A DNA stretch of 64,000 nucleotides from a candidate division FCPU426 bacterium (GCA_963847625.1 CAWKAR010000045.1:1-64000), one strand, 5' to 3'; positions 1 to 7,759 are shown, counted from the stretch's first letter. Made by a program: numbers and translations. Notes: generated by a model from the sequence alone, not told the origin.

Positions 1-30
1 ATTATCATTCCTTGACTCATCGTATTGCTA

Positions 31-268
31 TGCCCCGCAAATCTTTAAGGGAAGCATAAGGATTCGCGGGACTATACCAACTTCATTGTAATTTTCAGAA
101 GAGGAGAGTCGGCATGCGCCGATCATCCATAAAGAAATATTGAGATCGGTACTATACCGGCAACATTAAATGCTACAAGGAGAGTCGGCATGTGCCGATC
201 CTCTATAAAAATATATTGAGATGGGCATTATACCGGCAACATTAAATGCTTCAAGGAGAGTCGGCATG
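31..268 (+). repeat. Three tandem copies (84, 76, 76 bp) of a double-hairpin element joined by shared TG dinucleotides
   Basis: AGGAGAGTCGGCATG recurs at 102, 178 and 254. Each unit is TG-(hairpin 1)-TATACC...GGCA. The reverse complement matches the copies at 3594, 3851, 4033, 11344 and 15833. Confidence 0.85.
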
Positions 269-517
269 CGGTCGCAAATCATACAAATCGGCAATTCGAA
301 AGGCATACGGATTCCACGGCCCCTCTTGGAGCAGTGCCAGCTGGAGGATGAAGTCGAGTTGGAGGCCCAGCCCGGCCAACTCGTGGTGAGGCCGGTCGGC
401 GGACTCCGCCAGGGGTGGGCCGCGGCTTTTGAGAAGATGGCCCAATACGGCGACGACGGGTTGCTGGATGAGGGCGGTCCCGCGACCGAATGGTCCCGTA
501 AGGACTGGAAATGGTAA
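266..517 (+). CDS. mazE: AbrB/MazE/SpoVT-family antitoxin
   Basis: IIQIGNSKGIRIP AbrB-type N-terminus. ATG 266 follows AAGGAGAG. Overlaps the toxin gene. Confidence 0.9.
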   Translation: MRSQIIQIGNSKGIRIPRPLLEQCQLEDEVELEAQPGQLVVRPVGGLRQGWAAAFEKMAQYGDDGLLDEGGPATEWSRKDWKW

Positions 518-834
518 TCTCGCGTTTCGAGGTTCATTTGGTCCGGTTGGACCCCGCCGAGGGAAGCGAAATCAAAAAGACCAGGCCTTGCCTGGTCATC
601 TCCCCCGACGATATGAACCAATATATCCGGACAGTGATCGTAGCCCCCATGACGAGCAAGGGGAGGGATTACCCGACCCGCGTCCCGGTCGAATTCCAGG
701 GTAAACAGGGCCAGATCGTCCTGGACCAGATCCGAACCGTGGATAAGACCCGTCTCGTTAAAAAACTGGGTAAGATCGGTGACGCGACCTCGGAAAAGGT
801 ATTGAGGCTCCTCGGGGAAATGTTCGGGCCCTAA
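511..834 (+). CDS. mazF: PemK/MazF-family mRNA interferase toxin
   Basis: LDPAEGSEIKKTRPCLVIS...VAPMTS...DQIRTVDKTRL PemK motifs. Confidence 0.93.
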   Translation: MVISRFEVHLVRLDPAEGSEIKKTRPCLVISPDDMNQYIRTVIVAPMTSKGRDYPTRVPVEFQGKQGQIVLDQIRTVDKTRLVKKLGKIGDATSEKVLRLLGEMFGP

Positions 835-1019
835 GGAACAAAGTTGATGCTTTTCCAGGGTGTTCATTGGCCCCTTTTTCCTTCCATTATTCGGGCTGAA
901 AATACGGTTTAGGAAACCTTTTTCCTAATTTCTGCCTTTTTTTATGGCACTTTTTTAAACCCCCCTTTTAAAATTATCCCAATTGGCCGCCTAACCATAT
1001 GGTCGAAAAGGGCTTCAAA

Positions 1020-1091
1020 TTGAGGTCACAATTTGTGATTTCAAGATGGGGTTAAAGAGACTTCTTTAAGGTCACAAATTGTGACCTTAAA
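1020..1091. promoter_or_regulatory. Two related palindromic boxes (core TCACAA-N-TTGTGA), putative protein-binding sites
   Basis: TTGAGGTCACAA-T-TTGTGATTTCAA (1020-1044) and perfect TTTAAGGTCACAA-A-TTGTGACCTTAAA (1065-1091). Confidence 0.6.
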
Positions 1092-1104
1092 AGATAGCCC
1101 GATA

Positions 1105-1524
1105 CCCCAGTAGAAAGGGCCGGTAGACCCAGTAGACAAAGCCGGTGCCCCAGTAGACAAGGCCGGTAGACCCAGTAGACAAGGCCAGTACCCCGGTAGA
1201 AAGGGCCGGTAGACCCGGTAGACAAGGCCGGTACCCCAGTAGACAAGGCCAGTACCCCGGTAGAAAGGGCCGGTAGACCCGGTAGACAAGGCCGGTACCC
1301 CAGTAGACAAGGCCGGTAGACCCGGTAGACAAAGCCGGTACCCCAGTAGACAAGGCCGGTAGACCCGGTAGACAAAGCCGGTACCCCAGTAGACAAGGCC
1401 GGTAGACCCAGTAGACAAGGCCAGTACCCCGGTAGAAAGGGCCGGTAGACCCGGTAGACAAGGCCGGTACCCCAGTAGACAAGGCCGGTAGACCCGGTAG
1501 ACAAAGCCGGTACCCCAGTAGAAA
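1105..1524. repeat. Tandem array of 19 full plus one partial 21/22-bp units, iteron/centromere-like
   Basis: Mostly alternating CCCCAGTAGACAAGGCCGGTA (21 bp, 10 copies) and GACCCGGTAGACAAGGCCGGTA (22 bp, 9 copies) with minor variants; no unique spacers. Confidence 0.95.
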
Positions 1525-1536
1525 AAGGAGGATGCC

Positions 1537-3384
1537 TTGGCAGATCAAAAGCTTGATACTTTGGCATGGTTGGATAATTTGTCTGATTTGGAAGCCGAAC
1601 TTAAGAAAAACCCCTCTATCAATAGTGCTGATCTTATAAAAACCTTAAATCTCAGCAAATCGATGGTTTATTTCCTTTTAGCCATAAACAGTTGTTTTGA
1701 TCCGGTGGCGATAAAGAAGATTCGCGTGGCGGCAAAGGCTATCCCCATTTATGAACTTACTTTTAACAACGCCCGGGCTATAGGCAAATTGAAAGGTAAA
1801 GTGCCGGATCTGGATCTCCCTGAAGTGGTCCACGAGGTGCTGGATGTGACCATTTCCAAGCGATTGATCACCATTCAAATCGAGAGCCTGGTAGCCCATG
1901 TCATCAGCGGCAAACCGGCCAAGGATTTCAACCCCTCCCAGGCGCCAACCAGCCGCCCTAAAAAAGCCCCCAAGCTTAAACCTGAAAAGACCGAAAAAGC
2001 CCAAACGGCCTTGGACCAGCGGTTGGAGGAGGCCAAGGCCGGGGGTAAACCGCTGACCCTAGGAGAAAAGCTTGGATTGGCGGTTGAGGTATTACGAGGT
2101 GACGCCTCAAGCGGCCAAGAGGATGCTAAAACGGAGGCGGAACCTGATCCTGAAAAGCCCGCCCATACCAAGTCCAAGGGCTCAACGAACAGAATTTTGG
2201 TGTTCCTGGGAGGTTTTTTTGATATCACCCGGAAAGACTTTGAGGCCAGAAACTTGGGGGTGCTTAGCCGCAAAATCCTAATTGGGATTTTCAAAGCGAT
2301 TGGGCACTTAATAAAATGGCTCTTCAAAGTAATTTGGATTGTGATTAAATGGCCATTCAAGGAAGCTTGGTCCGTCGTGGGGAGGCCGGTAAAAAAGGTG
2401 GTTGCCTTGGCTATCCTTGCCGGCATCGTCCTTTATTTCTTCTTTCCCGCCAAATACCAGGCAGTGTATCAATTACTGAGGGAAAAAACCGTTCAAGCCG
2501 CCTATGGCGCCTATCACAGGCTATCCGAAATTCATAATTCATCATCCAAAATTCAAAATTCGGGCTCAATCGCGCCCGTTGAACCTTCCTCAATTCAAAA
2601 TTCATCATTCAAAATTCAAAATTCGGGGGCAACGGGCGCACCAGCGCCCACTGCCCCCGTTGCTTGGGATTTTTCCTTCGAATCCGAAACACAAAGGGAC
2701 AACGAACTATTTCCCATACCTGGTTACTGCATCATCAAGCCCATCCTTCCCCCGGTGGCGGGAATGGACGCGACGATGGCGGATAATCGGCTTGCCCTCC
2801 TACAGGATTCCCACAAGTATTCCGTCTGGTATGGGAATGACAGAGTGACCGTTGAATCAGTCACCGTAAATCCAACGTCCCTATCCTTGGCATTCATGGA
2901 TAAAGGAACGGCGTTGCTTAATTGGGACAACCTGAAGGCCATCCATTGCGACGAGATTCGGGTATACGCGAATAACAAGGAAAAGATTTTATACCAATGC
3001 GGGCTGGTGTCATCCAACCTTGAAAAGGCCGTCGAGGTCGAATGCCCCTCGCAGGAGAATTTCAACAGCCTGGTTTCGGCCCTACTCTATTGGGCCAAGA
3101 ACATCGCGCCTTCGGGCCTGCCTTACCTTCACCAGGGATTGGTACCCGATGACCTCGGGAAGGTCGGGGCGTTATGGGCCGGAAGCCCGGCGGACAAGGC
3201 GGGTATGGAATTAAGCGACGCGCTTTGGGGGGTGGACCGGGACGGCGTCCGCCAACAAAAACCCCTCGATGTGGTGCGCCGGTTGGACGCGCTCAAGCCT
3301 GGTAGGCATGGGATTTACGTGATCCGGGACGCGAAGGTGTCACCTAAAACGCCACGGATGAGGCTGGAAATAAACATACCATAA
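1537..3384 (+). CDS. Membrane-anchored protein: N-terminal ParB/Spo0J-like HTH region, amphipathic helix plus TM, C-terminal PDZ-like domain
   Basis: SADLIKTLNLSKSMVYFLLAI...LTFNNARAI...KRLITIQIESLV resembles the ParB HTH region. TM is VVALAILAGIVLYFFFP. GSPADKAGM is a PDZ-like motif. TTG start after AAGGAGG. Confidence 0.7.
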   Translation: MADQKLDTLAWLDNLSDLEAELKKNPSINSADLIKTLNLSKSMVYFLLAINSCFDPVAIKKIRVAAKAIPIYELTFNNARAIGKLKGKVPDLDLPEVVHEVLDVTISKRLITIQIESLVAHVISGKPAKDFNPSQAPTSRPKKAPKLKPEKTEKAQTALDQRLEEAKAGGKPLTLGEKLGLAVEVLRGDASSGQEDAKTEAEPDPEKPAHTKSKGSTNRILVFLGGFFDITRKDFEARNLGVLSRKILIGIFKAIGHLIKWLFKVIWIVIKWPFKEAWSVVGRPVKKVVALAILAGIVLYFFFPAKYQAVYQLLREKTVQAAYGAYHRLSEIHNSSSKIQNSGSIAPVEPSSIQNSSFKIQNSGATGAPAPTAPVAWDFSFESETQRDNELFPIPGYCIIKPILPPVAGMDATMADNRLALLQDSHKYSVWYGNDRVTVESVTVNPTSLSLAFMDKGTALLNWDNLKAIHCDEIRVYANNKEKILYQCGLVSSNLEKAVEVECPSQENFNSLVSALLYWAKNIAPSGLPYLHQGLVPDDLGKVGALWAGSPADKAGMELSDALWGVDRDGVRQQKPLDVVRRLDALKPGRHGIYVIRDAKVSPKTPRMRLEINIP

Positions 3385-3593
3385 AAAGAAATTTTGAATT
3401 TTAAATTGACGGCTTAAGCGAACCATTCTTAGCCACGGATTCAGGGGATTCATTTAGATGGCCGAAGGAAAAAGGCTTTAAATATTGGTGACTATACCTT
3501 TATGACACGTCAAGAATTTTATTTACCGCCGATAACGGCCGATTAACGCCGATAACAGCTTACAGCTTAAGGCTTTCCCAACTTATCGGCGTT

Positions 3594-3677
3594 CATGCCA
3601 CTTCACTATTGAAAGGATTTCAATTGAAAGTGGTATTGTCCCGCAATCCATTAACTTTTTTATGGAGATGCGGGACA
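3594..3677 (-). repeat. Double-hairpin element copy
   Basis: CATGCCACTT...AAGTGGTAT-T-GTCCCGCA...TGCGGGACA. Confidence 0.8.
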
Positions 3678-3850
3678 TCGGATTTGATCGGCGGTTCCAT
3701 GACTTTTTGCTTTTACTTGTTGTAAAGGGATACTTAAATTTTAAAGGTGACTACCTTCACGACACGTAAAGAAATTTTTTACCGCAGATAACGGCCGATT
3801 AACGCCGATAAAGGCTTAAAGTTTAAGGCTTTCTCAAACTTATCGGCGTC

Positions 3851-3934
3851 CATGCCACTTCACTATTGAAAGGATTTCTAATGAAAGTGGTATTGTCCCG
3901 CAATCCATTAACTCCTTTATGGAGATGCGGGACA
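3851..3934 (-). repeat. Double-hairpin element copy
   Basis: Near-identical to 3594-3677. Confidence 0.8.
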
Positions 3935-4032
3935 TCGGATTTGATCGGCGGTTACATGTCTTTTTGCTTTTGCTTGTTGAAAAGGGATACTTACCTTAAA
4001 TATTTATGTTTATAAATCCCATGAATCCCATG

Positions 4033-4111
4033 CATGCCAGCCTTCAATAATTCTTTTAATGAGGCTGGTATCGTACCGATTTCTTTAACTGTCTTAATGT
4101 GAATCGGCACA
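4033..4111 (-). repeat. Double-hairpin element copy
   Basis: CATGCCAGCCT...AGGCTGGTAT-C-GTACCGATT...AATCGGCACA. Confidence 0.8.
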
Positions 4112-4535
4112 TCCGTGGCTAAGTTTTATTTTGGACAGGTGTGAAGATTTATATGGAAAAATGGCGCGGAAATCTTTGGGGTCGAAACCTCTGTTGGCCG
4201 CTTTTTAATAGTTTTTCAGAGGTTTCAGTATTTATTACTGGTTCCATTTGCGCCTCAGTGAGCATTACACATACAGGGATCCCCTTGCGCTCACGAGCGC
4301 ATGAATCGGGTGGGCCGCTTGGTTTAAGCTTTCATGAAGGGGCGGGGGTTTTAATAAACAGCAAAAGCAAAAGCGGTTGTCCCCAAACGCCCCGGGGAAG
4401 ACTTGAACTGTTAGTGCCTTAAAACAGCCAAAAGCGGCCGGAATGAAAACCCAAAGGAAATACCGGTTTTTGTGGTTTTAATCCGGGTTGGGTACTAAGT
4501 TAGAGGGAGTTTATTACGGGAAAAGGAAGGCGAAA

Positions 4536-4742
4536 ATGTTTTTAATTATTTTCACTATCCAAAAACAAAAAGTCTGTATAAACACTGATAATATTACCGA
4601 TATTTGTTTCATTCCTAATAAAGGCGCAATTATTTACACGAATGGAAATCAAGAACCAATTGCAATTTCAGAGGAAGAAGCATCTAAAATATTAAATAAA
4701 ATCGGGGCTTTGGGTATTCACGAACCGGATCGTAAATATTAA
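4536..4742 (+). CDS. Small hypothetical protein (68 aa)
   Basis: ATG 4536 after AAGGAAGG; AT-rich; protein-like composition. Confidence 0.55.
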   Translation: MFLIIFTIQKQKVCINTDNITDICFIPNKGAIIYTNGNQEPIAISEEEASKILNKIGALGIHEPDRKY

Positions 4743-4855
4743 ATAAACCCCCCCCCATCACTGGGTAGTAAACGATGCCAAGGACGGAAGGGATTTATAG
4801 TTGATTCATCCCCGGGGGAATTAAAAGTTGAATATGCGGACATGGAGGCTGGCCT

Positions 4856-5392
4856 ATGCCTGGGACAGGGTTGACTCATCGCTTTTGTCCGACTCGGCGG
4901 TTTTTTTGGGTTATTTGGCTGCTGCTTCTGTATCCCCCCGCGGCCGGAGCCGCGTCCATCACCGATGGTGATCATCAGAAAAATCCGGAAGTTTTCTATA
5001 AAGGGGAATACCCCGTATTAGGGCTGACCTTTGGGGATATCCCCCCCTTCCTCAACCTAGTGGGAGGGTATTATTGGAAAGATTATGGTTTCAAGCTGAA
5101 CGGATTCTCGGCCGGGGGATTGGAAAGCATACAACTCGATCTGTCGAAAAAATTAACCGACACGAAAAATTTCTCCGCCAATTTATCCCTGGTGGGCGGT
5201 TATATCAATTTAGGCGGTGCCATCAGCACGATTGTTTCCCTCGGAACGGTGTCCCGGGGTTTGGGGTTTTGTTATGGAGGCGCCGGCATGGATATCAATT
5301 GGGGCGGTTTCGCGGTGGAGTTGGATACCGTTGCGATAACCGATCAAATAGTCCCTGCCTTCCAGATTGGTTACATACAAAGATTCAATTAA
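4856..5392 (+). CDS. Secreted small outer-membrane beta-barrel-like protein
   Basis: GGAGG RBS, signal peptide, Gly/aromatic alternating strands, C-terminal GYIQRFN. Confidence 0.65.
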   Translation: MPGTGLTHRFCPTRRFFWVIWLLLLYPPAAGAASITDGDHQKNPEVFYKGEYPVLGLTFGDIPPFLNLVGGYYWKDYGFKLNGFSAGGLESIQLDLSKKLTDTKNFSANLSLVGGYINLGGAISTIVSLGTVSRGLGFCYGGAGMDINWGGFAVELDTVAITDQIVPAFQIGYIQRFN

Positions 5393-5533
5393 GGGTACCT
5401 CTATAAATTGCTGTTCCCCTTCTCCCTAGAGGGGAGAAGGATGGGATGAGGGTGGAAATAGCGAGGTTTTTTACCCCTCACCCTACCCTCTCCCTCAAGG
5501 GGCGAGGGCTTAAATGAATTTTTAGAGGTTCCC
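5393..5533. mobile_element. 141-bp MITE-like element with TIRs and TTAA flanks, enclosing a REP-like palindrome pair
   Basis: TTAA|GGGTACCTCTATAAATT ... AATTTTTAGAGGTTCCC|TTAA. Internal CCTTCTCCC-tagag-GGGAGAAGG and CCCTCTCCC-tcaag-GGGCGAGGG. Confidence 0.75.
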
Positions 5534-5808
5534 TTAAGAAAAAGGCAACCACCGGGTAAACCCGCTCAACCGCTTAAACCGGTGTCAAAAAAACGCCATC
5601 TTTGTTGGAATAAAGCCCACCCAAGAACCACTATATAGCAGGAGAAGATGGAAAGCGGATGATTCCCTGATTAAGGGGCTCCATTCATTGGCATGGTTGA
5701 TGCATTTATTAAGGAATAGATGTCCGCTTGAAGCGGTCTTACCGCCTGGGGTTGAAAGGGGCCAGGCGACCGCACAACGCCTTTGGACGCCGGAAAGCGA
5801 GGGGAGTC

Positions 5809-5958
5809 ATGGATGAGAATTGCGAGAAAATCAAAAAGATGCTGGACCTTTACCGGGAGGGAAAATTGACGGATTCGGAAAAGGCCGATGTGGAATACCA
5901 CTTGCTCTATTGCCCGGAGTGCATATTCCTTTTGACCATAGTGCCGTCATTAAACTAG
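5809..5958 (+). CDS. Stand-alone anti-sigma-type zinc finger (zf-HC2-like) microprotein, 49 aa
   Basis: CEKIKKMLDLYREGKL...HLLYCPEC (HxxxCxxC); GGGGAG RBS. Confidence 0.75.
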   Translation: MDENCEKIKKMLDLYREGKLTDSEKADVEYHLLYCPECIFLLTIVPSLN

Positions 5959-5996
5959 GACCTTTGAACAACCGGTAAAACAATTGATAAATCCCT

Positions 5997-6022
5997 GCCC
6001 GCCCTGCCCGGCGGGCTTTTTT
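5997..6022 (+). terminator. Rho-independent terminator
   Basis: GCCCGCC-ctgccc-GGCGGGC followed by TTTTTT. Confidence 0.8.
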
Positions 6023-6198
6023 GTTTTAAGGCACGGTCCCCGAACATAGAGCGTCCATGGAAGAAAATCCGGGGACGGGCTTAACATTTTGAGAAGGGAA
6101 TTGAAAACTCTTCCGGCGATTTAGACCTGATTCACCCCGATGATGAAAGAAATTGAAATGGGAGTTGGGAATTGACCGCAAGACATCCATATGACAGG

Positions 6199-6909
6199 TC
6201 AGGCCAGGTCGAAAAGCAGTATTTCAGCCGGCTCTTGGGCCGTAAAGGATACGCATCTTTCGCCCGTGAAACCCGCCCCATCCCCCGTGCGCAGCTCCAG
6301 CTCATCCAGGCTGATCCGGCCTTTCACCACGTGAAGCCAGGCGTTCCGCCAGGGCTTCAGTTCGTGAATGATGTGATTGCCCTGGCTCAGGAGAGTGGAG
6401 TACATTTCGACGTCCTGCTGGAGTTTGAGCGAAGCCTCTTTTCCGCTGGAGGAGGCGATGAGCCTCAGGGCCCCCTTGCGCTCGGCAAGCGTAAAATGCT
6501 TTTTCTGGCCGCCCGGCTCCAACACGCCCACGCCGGGGGTGAATTCGCTCCGGAAGACATGCGCGTCGCCGGTTCTTGAGGCGCCTGCCATGGATTGCTC
6601 GGCGTCGGCCGGGACGTTGATCCGGTGGAAGCTTCCCTGCCTTAGTAACGAGTTATTTTCCTGCGGGTCGTAATAGATCACCACGCCCTCGTGGATATAG
6701 GTCACGACCACCATGTCCTTGGGCGTGCGGAGGATGAACGCCTTGCCGGGCGTTAGGACTTCCTCGTTGAGTATTTTGAGCACGCCGAAGCCGTTTCGCA
6801 GGGGATCGGCCTCGTTTTCCCGGTCGAAAGTCATCCGGGTTTTTTGCATCTCGTTTGCGATATGGCGGCGTTCTTTTGACCTTCTTACGGTAATCAATTC
6901 CACCCCCAA
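6199..6909 (-). CDS. Pirin-family bicupin lacking the metal-binding His motif
   Basis: FGVLKILNEE and AWLHVVKG...GDGA...AEILLFDLA pirin C-terminus. Start may be TTG at 6897. Confidence 0.85.
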   Translation of the reverse strand: MGVELITVRRSKERRHIANEMQKTRMTFDRENEADPLRNGFGVLKILNEEVLTPGKAFILRTPKDMVVVTYIHEGVVIYYDPQENNSLLRQGSFHRINVPADAEQSMAGASRTGDAHVFRSEFTPGVGVLEPGGQKKHFTLAERKGALRLIASSSGKEASLKLQQDVEMYSTLLSQGNHIIHELKPWRNAWLHVVKGRISLDELELRTGDGAGFTGERCVSFTAQEPAEILLFDLA

Positions 6910-6930
6910 GGCGCTTGCCTGCCGGTTTGA

Positions 6931-7308
6931 CTAATGAACCGGCAGTAAAGTATTCCTAAAGCACTTTTTAACGGCCGATTCGACGTTGGAAAAAGATTTC
7001 AAAATGCTGTCAAATTCCAACATTTTGAATACCTCCGTGACTTCAGGGCTCATTCCCACCAGGACCAAATCCCCTTTTTGATTGCGGATCCCCTTGATTT
7101 CACTGATAAAAATACCCCAACCCGCGCTGCTGATGTAGCCCACATCCTTCAGGTCGATCACCAGCTTGGTCTTTTTTTCAACTATGACCGAATGGAACTT
7201 TTCCTCGAATTCCGAGGCCGTGGTGGTGTCGATGTATCCCTTGACCGTTAAAAGGGTGATGCCCTTGTCGTGGGGATATTCGGAAATTTTGACCGATAGG
7301 TTGTCCAT
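6931..7308 (-). CDS. STAS-domain anti-sigma factor antagonist
   Basis: VKGYIDTTTA...VIDLKDVGYISSAG motif. Confidence 0.9.
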   Translation of the reverse strand: MDNLSVKISEYPHDKGITLLTVKGYIDTTTASEFEEKFHSVIVEKKTKLVIDLKDVGYISSAGWGIFISEIKGIRNQKGDLVLVGMSPEVTEVFKMLEFDSILKSFSNVESAVKKCFRNTLLPVH

Positions 7309-7343
7309 GGTTTCTCCGGTTAATGCGGCGAGTAAGGGCTTTC

Positions 7344-7583
7344 TCAGTTATTTTTTTCCAGCCGCTGTTTTACCCAGTGGAAGATACCGCTTACGGGGCA
7401 GTTCGCGTTGCTTAAGCCTATGCGCACTTTCTTTTCCGACTCGACCCAATCGCTCAATTCGTCACCCGCCTGGGCGTAACGCTTGCGGTTCAACCAGCTG
7501 TAATAAGCGGCTTCCTCGATGTTCTTTTTTAAATCTTCCCCGGTCTGGAGGGGGGCTGGATTGGCTGGATTTGTTTTGGCCAT
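7344..7583 (-). CDS. DUF2934-like small protein
   Basis: IEEAAYYSW...GDELSDWVESE pattern. Confidence 0.75.
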   Translation of the reverse strand: MAKTNPANPAPLQTGEDLKKNIEEAAYYSWLNRKRYAQAGDELSDWVESEKKVRIGLSNANCPVSGIFHWVKQRLEKNN

Positions 7584-7649
7584 GGCAACTTCCTTGATCG
7601 TGATTTGAACTCAAGCCGGTTTTGCGGGAAACGGCTAATGATTAAAGAA

Positions 7650-7665
7650 AGCAAGAAACAAGCCA
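7650..7665 (-). promoter_or_regulatory. Putative sigma54 -24/-12 promoter for the leftward DUF2934-STAS-pirin genes
   Basis: TGGCTTGTTTCTTGCT on the minus strand (GG-N10-GC). Confidence 0.6.
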
Positions 7666-7728
7666 CGAATTGGCAGGCCTTGAACATCATTATTCGGCGT
7701 TCCAGGTGATCCGCGCCTTTGGAAGGGA

Positions 7729-7759
7729 ATCAAAATGAGAGCGGGAAGATCATTTTGAT
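7729..7759. promoter_or_regulatory. Inverted repeat, candidate enhancer-binding-protein site
   Basis: ATCAAAATGA-N11-TCATTTTGAT between two divergent sigma54-like promoters. Confidence 0.5.

Larger units (their letters stand above)
3487..3995. mobile_element. Tandem pair of ~255-bp MITE-like units flanked by 9-bp direct repeat TTAAATATT
   Basis: Units start GGTGACTA at 3487 and 3746 and end GGGATACTTA(CC), forming imperfect TIRs. TTAAATATT at 3478-3486 and 3996-4004; a single copy is present in the 15.8-kb relative. Confidence 0.65.
3429..4122. repeat. Palindromic intergenic element TTAGCCACGGAT...ATCCGTGGCTAA carrying nested insertions
   Basis: Terminal inverted repeats at 3429-3440 and 4111-4122. 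A shorter relative lacking the central insert lies at 15752-15919. Confidence 0.75.

Noticed and set aside
31..268. Integron attC sites or a CRISPR/TIGR-type guide array
   Set aside because: No RYYYAAC/GTTRRRY boxes, no integrase, Cas or Nop-domain gene, and units 2 and 3 have nearly identical loops.
166..867. 233-aa minus-strand ORF
   Set aside because: Antisense shadow of mazEF with no recognisable motif.
1105..1524. CRISPR array
   Set aside because: Units are contiguous with no unique spacers, and there are no cas genes in the window.
1041..1567. Three minus-strand ORFs over the array
   Set aside because: All three frames give permutations of the same repeat peptide; an artefact of a strand without stop codons.
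4141..4422. 93-aa ORF
   Set aside because: Starts inside a duplicated repeat flank, crosses a palindromic stretch and has no protein-like signal.
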